From: Candidatus Saccharimonadota bacterium
GTDB taxonomy: Bacteria > Patescibacteriota > Patescibacteriia > 2-12-FULL-60-25
Reading direction: 5' to 3'
Assembly: GCA_016699205.1 (NCBI GenBank)
Contig: CP064964.1
Span: forward strand, 1,020,001-1,052,000
Length of the DNA: 32,000 nucleotides
Shown here one piece after another: positions 1 to 8,379 of this stretch (the first letter of the stretch is position 1; the number at the start of each line of letters is the position of its first letter). A program made the translations under genes and the position numbers. A model generated the notes under the pieces. That model saw only the letters and a program-made list of their open reading frames with translations, was not told the DNA's origin and searched no databases.

Positions 1-80
1 TGTTTGATGACGGCCTCTACGTTGAGGATGTGTTCATTCATGCTTGTCAATTCCTCCACGCAGGGTGATCATGTGCACCT

Positions 81-1223
81 ATGGCTCAAGACGTCAAGCG
101 ATTGGCATTGGAATTGCATGAGAAACTGCGGGGAAAGATTCGTATTGAACCAACCTGCACGATCGAGACAAAAGAAGATCTTACGTTGGTTTACTCGCCG
201 GGTGTCGGAGCCGTGTCTCAGGCGATTGCGGCTGATCCAGCTTCTGTTGATCGATATACATGGCGTCGGAATACTGTCGCGATTGTTTCTGATGGTTCTG
301 CCGTACTTGGCTTTGGCGACATCGGACACTTGTCAGTACTACCGGTGCTTGAAGGCAAGTCGGCGATCTTTAAGCGTTTTTCCGGCATTGATGCGATTCC
401 GATTTTGATCGATACAAAAGATGTGGATGCGTTTGTCGAGACGGTGGCGCACATCGCCTCATCGTTTGGAGCGATTCAAATGGAAGATGTTTCTGCGCCG
501 CGTTGTTTTGAGATCGAACGTAAATTGATGGAGCGATTGGACATGCCGGTGATGCATGATGATCAGCATGGAACAGCGATTGTTGCGCTGGCTGGTTTGA
601 TGAATTCGCTGAAGGTTGTCGGTAAGTCGATGGAGTCGATTCGTGTTGTTTTGAATGGGGCTGGTGCGGCAGGAATCGCGATTGCGCGTTTATTGGTTGA
701 TGCCGGAGTGAAGGATATTGTGATGTGTGATCGACAAGGTGCTATTTATGATGGACGTGAGGGATTGAATGATGAGAAGAAAGAAGTGGCGGCATTTACG
801 AATTTGAATAAGCGAACGGGTAGCTTGTCGGAGGTTGCCGTTGGCGCGGATGTGTTGATCGGCGTATCAGCGGCCGGGGCGTTTACCGTAGAGATCGTGA
901 AGTCGATGGCAACGAGCCCGATTGTGTTTGCACTTGCGAACCCGGTGCCGGAAATCGATCCGGAGACGGCGGCCTTGGCCGGTGTGGCTGTATTAGCGAC
1001 CGGGAGAAGCGATTTTGCCAATCAAGTAAACAATGCTTTGTGCTACCCGGGTTTGTTTCGCGGAATGCTGGATAGCGGAGTGAAAAAAGTGACATCGGAG
1101 ATCAAGCTACGTGCAGCCCAGGCGATCGCCGACTCACTGCCAAATCCGACTCCTGATGCGATTATTCCATCGATTTTTCAGCCTGGTTTGCATGAGCTCG
1201 TGGCAAAGAGCATCAAGGGTTAA
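81..1223 (+). CDS. NAD(P)-dependent malic enzyme (short single-module form)
   Basis: 380-aa ORF with malic-enzyme signatures VYSPGVG, HDDQHGTAIV, Rossmann NGAGAAGIAIA and ANPVPEI. Complete within the window. Confidence 0.92.
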   Translation: MAQDVKRLALELHEKLRGKIRIEPTCTIETKEDLTLVYSPGVGAVSQAIAADPASVDRYTWRRNTVAIVSDGSAVLGFGDIGHLSVLPVLEGKSAIFKRFSGIDAIPILIDTKDVDAFVETVAHIASSFGAIQMEDVSAPRCFEIERKLMERLDMPVMHDDQHGTAIVALAGLMNSLKVVGKSMESIRVVLNGAGAAGIAIARLLVDAGVKDIVMCDRQGAIYDGREGLNDEKKEVAAFTNLNKRTGSLSEVAVGADVLIGVSAAGAFTVEIVKSMATSPIVFALANPVPEIDPETAALAGVAVLATGRSDFANQVNNALCYPGLFRGMLDSGVKKVTSEIKLRAAQAIADSLPNPTPDAIIPSIFQPGLHELVAKSIKG

Positions 1224-1228
1224 ATTTC

Positions 1229-1237
1229 TGCTATACT
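1229..1237 (+). promoter_or_regulatory. Extended -10 box TGCTATACT placed 7 nt before the ftsE ATG (leaderless-type promoter)
   Basis: TGn+TATACT at 1229-1237, ATG at 1245, no SD in between. The same architecture recurs at other backbone genes. Confidence 0.4.
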
Positions 1238-1244
1238 GTGCCGT

Positions 1245-1931
1245 ATGATCGTTCTTGAAGGTGTTTCAAAAGCGTATGGTTCGGATTCTATCGGTTTGGA
1301 CGATGTTTCTTTGCATATTCCGGCTGGTGAATTCGTCTCTATTGTGGGTCAGAGCGGTGCCGGAAAAACGACGCTCGCCAAACTATTGATGGCGGAGGAG
1401 CAGCCGACGAAGGGTCGTATCGAGATCGGTGGTTGGGATATTACCCGTATCAAAGCACGGGAGATTCCGGAGCTGCGTCGGCAGATCGGCGTGATTTTTC
1501 AGGATTATAAATTATTACCAAAAAAGACGGTGTACGAAAATGTTTCATTTGCACTGGAGGTTGCGGGAGTTAAGAGCAGAGTGATTCACGATATTGTTCC
1601 GCAGGTTTTGAATATTGTGGGTTTGGATGAAAAGTTTAATCGATTTCCGCGGCAATTATCGGGAGGCGAGCAGCAGCGCGTGGTTATCGCGAGAGCATTG
1701 GTGCATCGACCCAAAGTATTGCTAGCCGATGAGCCCACGGGAAACCTTGATACATTGAATACGCAGGACATTATGGACTTGCTCGTGAAGATTAATGCTT
1801 TTGGAACCACGGTGGTGCTCGTGACGCATAATCGCGAAGTGGTGAATGCGCTGCGTCGGCGAGTGATAACATTGAAGGACGGGAAGGTTGTATCGGATCA
1901 GAAGCACGGTAAATACATGTTGACCGTATGA
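1245..1931 (+). CDS. ftsE: Cell-division ABC ATPase FtsE
   Basis: 228 aa with Walker A GQSGAGKTT, signature LSGGEQQR and Walker B VLLADEPT. ATGA overlap with the downstream ftsX. Confidence 0.93.
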   Translation: MIVLEGVSKAYGSDSIGLDDVSLHIPAGEFVSIVGQSGAGKTTLAKLLMAEEQPTKGRIEIGGWDITRIKAREIPELRRQIGVIFQDYKLLPKKTVYENVSFALEVAGVKSRVIHDIVPQVLNIVGLDEKFNRFPRQLSGGEQQRVVIARALVHRPKVLLADEPTGNLDTLNTQDIMDLLVKINAFGTTVVLVTHNREVVNALRRRVITLKDGKVVSDQKHGKYMLTV

Positions 1932-2839
1932 CGATGGCTTGGAGAATCTTTGTCGCGAGTTGGAAGCACTTTGCACGCAATCTCTGGATTGGTATTGCAA
2001 CGGTGTTTGTTTTCACGATCGCTCTGCTCTCGGTGAATGTTCTTCTTGGCGTGAACGCGGTTATTGAGGAAGTGGTGACTTTGTTGGAACAGAAGGTCGA
2101 CGTTACCGTTACGTTTAATTCTGATGCGCCGGAAGCTTTGTTGTCGCAGGCTCGTTTTTATGTGGTTTCCTTGCCGCAAACAGCTGAAGCGAGGCTGATC
2201 ACTCCGGCGGAGGCGTTGGAAGCATTCAAGGATCGTAATAAAAATAATCCGAAAATTCTTGAAGCGTTGAATGAATTGGCGGCGAATCCGCTGGGGGCGC
2301 AGCTGGTGATCAAAGCAAAGCATCCGGAGGATTATCCTTTTTTGCTCGAGGCAATCCGTAATCCGCAGTACGCTCCATTTATTAGAAGCTCGTCATTTGA
2401 CGATCATCGAGAAGCGATTGCCAAGATTCAGGACGCGGGAGCACAGATTCGTTTGTTTGCCTCAGCGCTCGTAGCGATCTTTGCTTTCTTTGGCTTACTC
2501 GCTGCTTTCAACGCCATTCGTGTGGCGATTTATACGCAGCGTGAAGAGATCGCAATTATGCGTTTGGTTGGAGCGAGCGCATCTTATATCAAGCTGCCAT
2601 TTGTACTCGAGGGAATTTGGATGGCGTTACTCTCGGCATTTTTAACGGCGGTTGGCGTATGGTCGGTTGTTAAGCTGCTTGAGCCGCGATTGCTGACGGT
2701 ATTTGATGGCCGCGATCCTGGGCTTTCTGCTTTCTTCATTCACAATGGATTCCAGCTCGTTGCATTCCAGTTGGGTGGTTTGCTTGTTTTGTCGGCGCTC
2801 GTGTCATGGATGGCGGTAGGGCGGTATATTCGCCGTTAA
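1928..2839 (+). CDS. ftsX: Cell-division permease-like protein FtsX
   Basis: 303 aa: N-terminal TM, about 130-aa extracytoplasmic domain, three C-terminal TMs. Start overlaps the ftsE stop (ATGA). Confidence 0.88.
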   Translation: MTMAWRIFVASWKHFARNLWIGIATVFVFTIALLSVNVLLGVNAVIEEVVTLLEQKVDVTVTFNSDAPEALLSQARFYVVSLPQTAEARLITPAEALEAFKDRNKNNPKILEALNELAANPLGAQLVIKAKHPEDYPFLLEAIRNPQYAPFIRSSSFDDHREAIAKIQDAGAQIRLFASALVAIFAFFGLLAAFNAIRVAIYTQREEIAIMRLVGASASYIKLPFVLEGIWMALLSAFLTAVGVWSVVKLLEPRLLTVFDGRDPGLSAFFIHNGFQLVAFQLGGLLVLSALVSWMAVGRYIRR

Positions 2840-2840
2840 T

Positions 2841-3191
2841 ATGGTGACACTGCTCTTTGATCGACAAGCGGCATATCTTGGAGAATTGGTGACCAAGGAA
2901 GGTGCTTTGCGTCATTTTGTTTTAACGCAGGCTGGCGAGAAGGCTGTTGGCGGTCATGTTTTACAGTGGCAGACGCGCGGAGTCCCTTTTTACAAAGGAA
3001 TCGCCAAACACGGCGATGATGGTTCATGTGAATTTATTACGTATCGGGAATATGTCGCTTCACGCGATGCGGCTTTCTTGAAGGCTGTGCATCGTTGGAT
3101 TGCGACGCATGGTTTTCATGCGTACGACATCGACGACTCGATTTTACCAATGTGGGAACGTTTGCTCAGACTTCCGCTTGAGCCGGCTTAG
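2841..3191 (+). CDS. Hypothetical protein (116 aa), third gene of the ftsEX operon
   Basis: ATG 1 nt after the ftsX stop, backbone-like codon usage, no family recognised. Confidence 0.65.
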   Translation: MVTLLFDRQAAYLGELVTKEGALRHFVLTQAGEKAVGGHVLQWQTRGVPFYKGIAKHGDDGSCEFITYREYVASRDAAFLKAVHRWIATHGFHAYDIDDSILPMWERLLRLPLEPA

Positions 3192-3212
3192 CGTTTTCGT
3201 TTTTTGCTCGCG

Positions 3213-3383
3213 ATGCTGAGAACGCCGGTTTCACGTCTGACCGCTTGGCAGGAATTGCTTGAGACCGCGGAACGCGCTTCACATGTTGAGCGTGCTAAAA
3301 CGCAAGAGACGTTGGCTAAATTGAAAACGGCTGTTTCAAAGCATTTGCTGCATGCGTTTGAACAGGAAAAAACCAAGGTATGA
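3213..3383 (+). CDS. Possible small helical protein (56 aa; below the ORF-track cutoff)
   Basis: My translation is MLRTPVSRLTAWQELLETAERASHVERAKTQETLAKLKTAVSKHLLHAFEQEKTKV. Its TGA overlaps the next gene's ATG (ATGA at 3380-3383), and it fills an otherwise 188-nt gap. Confidence 0.35.
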   Translation: MLRTPVSRLTAWQELLETAERASHVERAKTQETLAKLKTAVSKHLLHAFEQEKTKV

Positions 3384-5095
3384 AGGAGAGATTTTTAGAA
3401 GCGCCAAAACAGGCGCCCATGTTCTTGGATGAGAGTCTCTATTCTTTGCACGTGGAGGAGGCGCGACATGAAGGCGCCAAACGTGAACGTAAAGGGGTTT
3501 TGATGGCGATGAAGCGGTTTTTGGATACGCCAAAAGGCAAGCAGTTAGGAATGGTGATTTTGGGAGCAGGAATGTCCGCGAATGGCGTTTTAGGATACGA
3601 GTATTTCACGAGAAGCCGTGCAGCCGTTGATTCTTTTGAAGAAGCGCCGCTTTCTCCGGATTCATTTGCGGGCGATAGACCGTTGGAGGAAGTTCGTGGG
3701 GATTTGAATACGTGGATCGGAGCCGAGCGCGTGGCTGAGATGATTCCAATGGAGCGTAGCGATCGTGAGCGTGCGGCTCGCGAACGACGTCGAGAGGAGA
3801 TTCGGCATGAACCGGTGGCTACTGTTGAGGGATTTGCCGAGCTTGGCGTTTCTCATGAATCGATCACGAATTATTTGGAAGAGGGCTTTCCTCGTTTCAT
3901 GACGGCAGAGGGAAATGTCGACTCGATTCGATTTACTCCAGAGCATCGCGCGGTTCGTGAGGATTATCATTTGAGTGCAGGCCGGGAGACAGCTGGTTCT
4001 TGCTCGATCGCGGCTGGTGCTGATGAATCTCAGATCACGATATTTGGCGCCATGCTTGATGATCGGGGGCATTTGCGCGTTCAAGAGACTTTCCGTCAGG
4101 TGCTGACACATGAGCTTGCGCATTCCATTGATTGGACGAATTTGGAGGCGCTTGATCCTGCAACCCGTCTGCGCATGCTTCATCAGATGGCATCGCATGT
4201 ACGTAATCCGGAGACGCGTTTGTTTTTCTCGTATGTAGAAGAAATCCAGAATGATGATGCGCGTACGCAGCTGGTTAATCGGATTATCGAGTATTACGCC
4301 GAGTTTACGCAGGCGGTGTTTGAGAATGCCCCAACCAGCGATATGGATAGCGCGGAGTGGGAAGTGACGACGGTATCTAAGCTTGTCGAAGAATATGCGC
4401 GCCGGCCTGAGATGTCGGAAAAGGAAACGGCTCGACTCAATCGCGCCGTGCTTGATGATGTGCGGCTTGTGCGTGAAGTTATCCAGGTGTATGAGCCGGA
4501 TTTTGATTGGCGTGCGGCTTCAGCAGCGAGACGCGATATCGTGATGGAGATGTCGCGTGAAATGCAGAATGAGCAGATTCGTATGCGGATTACTGGAGTG
4601 CCGCTGGAAAGCGCAAGACATCTTTTGGAGGATGCGATGGAGCGCTCAATGGAAGCGTCGTCCGCATCGTCTCTTGAAGATGTGGCTTGGAGAGCGGGAA
4701 CCGGTGATACGTATTTTACGAGCGCCTATGATCGCGGCTTGATGAGCACGGCGGCCTATGAGCGCGGACGGGAATTGGAACGCGAGATCGATATGGCGCA
4801 ACGAGCTGCTATTCGGGAAATTGAATCCGGATTATCGGTTGTCGATGCGCCAGCGTATCGGTATCTCATTGCTATTTTGGAAACGCTCGAGAGCTTTGAT
4901 CCGACGGCGGATTACTCGGATGATCGCCATATTTTGGATGCGCAGATTCAGGATTACGTTTCCTCATTGAAAATGGCGAGTCCTGAACATGTCGATGCAG
5001 CGAGGCGCTATCATGAAACGATGACAGGCTCGCGCGGAATTGATGCCGATGTTGCCCGCCGTGTATCGGTTCTTTTGGCAGAGGAGGCCGATTGA
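3380..5095 (+). CDS. Membrane-anchored hypothetical protein with HExxH zincin motif (571 aa)
   Basis: Basic N-terminus, then one TM (LGMVILGAGMSANGVLGY), then a large E/R-rich region predicted outside the cell. Contains THELAHSIDW with a possible third ligand in IEYYAEF. Last gene of the ftsEX string. Confidence 0.75.
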   Translation: MKERFLEAPKQAPMFLDESLYSLHVEEARHEGAKRERKGVLMAMKRFLDTPKGKQLGMVILGAGMSANGVLGYEYFTRSRAAVDSFEEAPLSPDSFAGDRPLEEVRGDLNTWIGAERVAEMIPMERSDRERAARERRREEIRHEPVATVEGFAELGVSHESITNYLEEGFPRFMTAEGNVDSIRFTPEHRAVREDYHLSAGRETAGSCSIAAGADESQITIFGAMLDDRGHLRVQETFRQVLTHELAHSIDWTNLEALDPATRLRMLHQMASHVRNPETRLFFSYVEEIQNDDARTQLVNRIIEYYAEFTQAVFENAPTSDMDSAEWEVTTVSKLVEEYARRPEMSEKETARLNRAVLDDVRLVREVIQVYEPDFDWRAASAARRDIVMEMSREMQNEQIRMRITGVPLESARHLLEDAMERSMEASSASSLEDVAWRAGTGDTYFTSAYDRGLMSTAAYERGRELEREIDMAQRAAIREIESGLSVVDAPAYRYLIAILETLESFDPTADYSDDRHILDAQIQDYVSSLKMASPEHVDAARRYHETMTGSRGIDADVARRVSVLLAEEAD

Positions 5096-5120
5096 CGAAT
5101 CGGCGGTTTTCACGTACCCT
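5092..5120 (+). promoter_or_regulatory. Candidate sigma70-type promoter for tRNA-Gln
   Basis: TTGACG (5092-5097), 17 nt, TACCCT (5115-5120), 10 nt before the tRNA 5' end. The -35 overlaps the stop of the upstream CDS. Confidence 0.4.
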
Positions 5121-5130
5121 TGGGCCACAT

Positions 5131-5204
5131 TCGGGGATCGTCTAATGGTAGGACAGCAGCCTTTGAAGCTGTGAATCTTGGTTCGATCCCAAGTCCCCGA
5201 GCCA
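5131..5204 (+). tRNA. tRNA-Gln (anticodon UUG), CCA encoded
   Basis: Hand-folded cloverleaf: acceptor TCGGGGA/TCCCCGA with the U1-A72 pair typical of bacterial tRNA-Gln, D arm GTCT/GGAC, anticodon arm GCAGC-CTTTGAA-GCTGT, T arm CTTGG-TTCGATC-CCAAG, then G-CCA. Confidence 0.9.
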
Positions 5205-5206
5205 TC

Positions 5207-5240
5207 AAAACCCGCGTCGAAAGGCGCGGGTTTTGTGTTT
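5207..5240 (+). terminator. Rho-independent terminator after tRNA-Gln
   Basis: CCCGCG-tcgaaagg-CGCGGG followed by TTTTGTGTTT. Confidence 0.8.
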
Positions 5241-5272
5241 GGTGGAAGTGGGTTAGGATTGATTTTGTGACG

Positions 5273-5473
5273 ATGATTCTAATCAAGACCTTGTACAAAA
5301 TCGGCGATGTTGTTCCGGAAGACGGAATGTATTTATGCGTGCCTTGTAGCTTTGTTCAAGAATTTAAAGCGGGTGAGTTGTTTACGACATGCATCGCGTG
5401 TTACGCGGGGACATCTATGGGGCCGGAAGATTATACGGAAGAACACGTTGATTTTTGGGAGAAGTTTGCCTAA
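5273..5473 (+). CDS. Small CxxC...CxxC zinc-ribbon/rubredoxin-like protein (66 aa)
   Basis: MILIKTLYKIGDVV... with CVPC and CIAC pairs. The track ORF 5120-5473 is trimmed because its N-terminal part overlaps the tRNA and terminator. Confidence 0.55.
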   Translation: MILIKTLYKIGDVVPEDGMYLCVPCSFVQEFKAGELFTTCIACYAGTSMGPEDYTEEHVDFWEKFA

Positions 5474-5476
5474 GGT

Positions 5477-6118
5477 TTAATTTGATTTTTGCAGAGATAC
5501 CGCATCCAATCGTTTTGGCCATTCGCCACGCTCGCAAAGAGATTCTAATCGATCGCCAAGCGTGAGTTTATCGCCATCGTGTTTTACGAGATTGAATTCC
5601 GATGGGCAGTCATTGATGCTTGGCGTGAGTCCGGTGCAGCCGGTTTTATTGATGACGGTTGTGACGTCGGGTTCCCAGGTTGTGTTGCCGCATCGATATT
5701 GTTCAAATACTTGGGCTGTCTCCATCGAGAATGCTGTTAGGTGGAGTTCTTTGCGGATGAATTCTGCGTGTGAGGCGCCTTCAACTTCCTCGGATGGATC
5801 ACCGATTTCATAAACACCAACTGTTTGTAAGCTATAGGCTTTCTTTTCACATATCGCATCAGAAAAGAATGTCTGTTCCAGGACCCAGTTGTTTGGCGTG
5901 AGTTGGAGACGGCGTTTGGTTGAGGCTTGGTCGCCAGTAGATGAAACGAGCTGTTCACATCCACCGCTGACCCAGTCACCTCGAATGTCGGGGCGATTTT
6001 GAGCATTTTGCCAAAGCATACCGATGACGATCAGGATGAGAATTCCTGTGATGCCGGCAAAGGCGGCTGGAGGCAGCGATGCGGGTTTGCGTTCCATAGA
6101 ATTGCCCCGAGTATACAT
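5477..6118 (-). CDS. Membrane-anchored Cys-rich extracytoplasmic hypothetical protein (213 aa; alternative start 6097)
   Basis: N-terminal TM AFAGITGILILIVIGMLW followed by a domain with 7 Cys. No family recognised with confidence. Confidence 0.7.
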   Translation of the reverse strand: MYTRGNSMERKPASLPPAAFAGITGILILIVIGMLWQNAQNRPDIRGDWVSGGCEQLVSSTGDQASTKRRLQLTPNNWVLEQTFFSDAICEKKAYSLQTVGVYEIGDPSEEVEGASHAEFIRKELHLTAFSMETAQVFEQYRCGNTTWEPDVTTVINKTGCTGLTPSINDCPSEFNLVKHDGDKLTLGDRLESLCERGEWPKRLDAVSLQKSN

Positions 6119-6139
6119 CGGATGTAGGCTCTTGGAACT

Positions 6140-7042
6140 ATGGTTCCAGCCTTATCTGTCAATCACATCGGAAAAACCTTTAAACTACAGACAGGTGCCG
6201 ATTTTCAAGCCTTGAATGATGTTTCTCTGGAGATCAAGGCCGGAACGATTCATGGATTGCTTGGTCCAAATGGAGCAGGTAAGTCGACGTTGATCAACTT
6301 GATTAGCGGCGTGATGGCTCCTGATTCCGGATCGATTTTGATCGAGGGTGTGGATGTCATGAAAGAGTCCGAGCGATCCAAACAGCTGATCGGTATTGTT
6401 CCGCAGGAAGTCGTCATCGAGATGGCTTTTACGGTACGAGAAGTGCTTTGGTTTTTTGCGGGTATGTATGGCGTGCCAGCAGCCGAGCGCGGACCACGTA
6501 TCGAGAATGCGCTTAAAGATCTCGATTTGATTGATAAGGCTGATGAACGCGCTCGTAGCTTGTCGGGCGGTATGAAGCGCCGGTTGATGATTGCAAAAGC
6601 GATCATGCATAAGCCAAAGCTTTTGATTCTTGATGAGCCTACGGCCGGTGTTGATGTCGCGCTAAGACAAAAAATTTGGGAATTGGTGCGTCGATTAAAT
6701 AAAGAGGGGACAACGATTTTGTTTACGACGCATTACTTGGAAGAGGCCGAGCAGCTTTGCGAGAATGTGACCTTGATTAATCATGGGCGGATTATTAAAG
6801 GGGGCTCGGTGAAGGAGTTATTGCGCGAGTCATCGCGTAATATGATTTCTTTTGAGTTGTTCAAACGTGATGTCGAACATTTACCGGGTGTGATCGTTGA
6901 AGGGACGGAGTATCGATATCCGATGAAAGACTTGGAGGCAGATGTGCATGCGCTGACAAACTTTTACGGTGGAAATTTGAAATCGATTCGTACAGAAGCT
7001 GTTTCGCTTGAGCAGGTCTTTTTGGAAGTAACCAAAGGTTAA
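6140..7042 (+). CDS. ABC transporter ATP-binding protein (ABC-2/DrrA-NatA type)
   Basis: Walker A GPNGAGKST, signature LSGGMKRR, Walker B LLILDEPT. Followed by an ABC-2 permease. Confidence 0.92.
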   Translation: MVPALSVNHIGKTFKLQTGADFQALNDVSLEIKAGTIHGLLGPNGAGKSTLINLISGVMAPDSGSILIEGVDVMKESERSKQLIGIVPQEVVIEMAFTVREVLWFFAGMYGVPAAERGPRIENALKDLDLIDKADERARSLSGGMKRRLMIAKAIMHKPKLLILDEPTAGVDVALRQKIWELVRRLNKEGTTILFTTHYLEEAEQLCENVTLINHGRIIKGGSVKELLRESSRNMISFELFKRDVEHLPGVIVEGTEYRYPMKDLEADVHALTNFYGGNLKSIRTEAVSLEQVFLEVTKG

Positions 7043-7043
7043 T

Positions 7044-7796
7044 ATGAATCTGACTTACATGTGGGCTGTGTATGCGCGGGAACTCATGCGTTTCCGTAAG
7101 CTTTGGATGGATACATTGTTTACACCGATTGTTTCCATGGGTTTGTATTTGGCTGTGTTTGGTGTGGTCTCTTCCGGGCAGCAGGTTGGAGGTATTGAAT
7201 ATCTCGCATTTGTTTATACGGGATTGCTGACGATGACGATGGTGAACTCGAGTTTCTCGAATCCGGCCTTTGCCTTGGTTATCGCGAGAAATATGGGGAC
7301 ACTGATTGATTTGCAAATGGCGCCGATCGCTCCTTGGCGTATCGGATTGGCTTACTCGATGGCGGCACTTACGCGCGGTTTGATTACGCTCGCTGTTGGT
7401 ATTACGGCGACCATATGGTTTGTGCCGCTGCGTTCCATCGCCCATCCGCTTTTGCTGCTTCTTGCCTTGGTTTCCACGGGTCTCTTGTTTGGGTTTCTCG
7501 GCGTTATTTTTGGAATGCGCGCCAAGAATTTTGAAGCGCTTACCTTTGTGACGAGCTTCGTGTTACAGCCGATGATCTTTTTGGCCGGCGTGTTTTATCC
7601 GATCGCGCAGCTACCGGGTATTTGGGCGACGATTTCCCAATTTAATCCGATGCATCATGTTGTGAATTTGGTGCGATTTTCTGCAACGGGTTACTCCGAT
7701 GCATCGCCGATGCTTTCTTTTGGTATCGTCATCGGAGCAACATTGATTGCGGGAGTTGCGATGCATTTTGTCACGCAGAAAAGCTTGAAAGCATGA
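7044..7796 (+). CDS. ABC-2 type transporter permease
   Basis: 250 aa with about 6 TM segments. Start is 1 nt after the ATPase stop. Confidence 0.88.
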   Translation: MNLTYMWAVYARELMRFRKLWMDTLFTPIVSMGLYLAVFGVVSSGQQVGGIEYLAFVYTGLLTMTMVNSSFSNPAFALVIARNMGTLIDLQMAPIAPWRIGLAYSMAALTRGLITLAVGITATIWFVPLRSIAHPLLLLLALVSTGLLFGFLGVIFGMRAKNFEALTFVTSFVLQPMIFLAGVFYPIAQLPGIWATISQFNPMHHVVNLVRFSATGYSDASPMLSFGIVIGATLIAGVAMHFVTQKSLKA

Positions 7797-8341
7797 CGCC
7801 GATTCCATACGAATTGAAACGTCGGAGAGGTCAGCGTTCTATCCGGGTGAGCGTTCATCCTGGCGGACGTATTTTGGTTTCTACGGGGTTGATGATGCCA
7901 GTGGGGGAGATTGAGAGATATTTGATGCGTAAACAGGAGTGGATCGTGCAGGCTGTGGCCAAGATGAGTGCTTGGCAGCCTGGCTTGTTAGCCAAGCGCG
8001 ATCCTGAGGATTATCGAGTCTATAAAAAGGAAGCGTTGCGGATGATAGAAGATCGTATTAGTCACTTCAATAAAATATATCAGCATCGCTTCACGGGAGT
8101 GTCCGTGAAGAATCATCGGCATTTGTGGGGGAGTTGCTCCCGGCAAGGTCGATTAAATTTTAATTATAAGCTGATTCATTTGCCGCAAGAGCTTGCTGAT
8201 TACGTCATCGTGCATGAGTTGTGTCATTTGGCGGTCTTCAATCACTCAAAAGCGTTCTGGATGGAGGTGGAGCGTGCGATTCCCGATTGGAAGAAGCGGC
8301 GTCTCGCATTGCGCAAGGCGGGAAATGGAACACTTGGATAA
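7793..8341 (+). CDS. YgjP-like metal-dependent hydrolase (DUF45 / M48-related)
   Basis: WGSCS...NYKLIHLP...YVIVHELCHL...NHSKAFW motifs. ATGA overlap with the permease gene. Confidence 0.88.
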   Translation: MTPIPYELKRRRGQRSIRVSVHPGGRILVSTGLMMPVGEIERYLMRKQEWIVQAVAKMSAWQPGLLAKRDPEDYRVYKKEALRMIEDRISHFNKIYQHRFTGVSVKNHRHLWGSCSRQGRLNFNYKLIHLPQELADYVIVHELCHLAVFNHSKAFWMEVERAIPDWKKRRLALRKAGNGTLG

Positions 8342-8344
8342 CAC

Positions 8345-8368
8345 AAAACCCGTCTTGCGACGGGTTTT
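8345..8368. terminator. Bidirectional terminator between convergent genes
   Basis: AAAACCCGTC-ttgc-GACGGGTTTT: A-tract, stem, T-tract. Confidence 0.8.
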
Positions 8369-8379
8369 GATTTGATCGA

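Noticed and set aside
1-41. Possible 5' end of a minus-strand gene leaving the window (GGAGGA-N10-ATG at 41, MNEHILNVEAVIK...)
   Set aside because: Only 13 codons are visible, which is too little to call. Noted only as a possible partial CDS.
4-454. Track ORFs 4-408 (+), 69-329 (-) and 218-454 (-) overlapping the malic-enzyme gene
   Set aside because: They overlap a clearly identified 380-aa malic enzyme in other frames, have odd composition and no signals. These are shadow ORFs.
5120-5272. N-terminal 51 codons of track ORF 5120-5473
   Set aside because: This part is translated straight through tRNA-Gln and its terminator. The real CDS, if any, starts at ATG 5273.
5131-6118. tRNA-Gln as an integration hotspot with an adjacent genomic island
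   Set aside because: There is no integrase, no duplicated tRNA 3' segment downstream, and the flanking genes have backbone-like composition.
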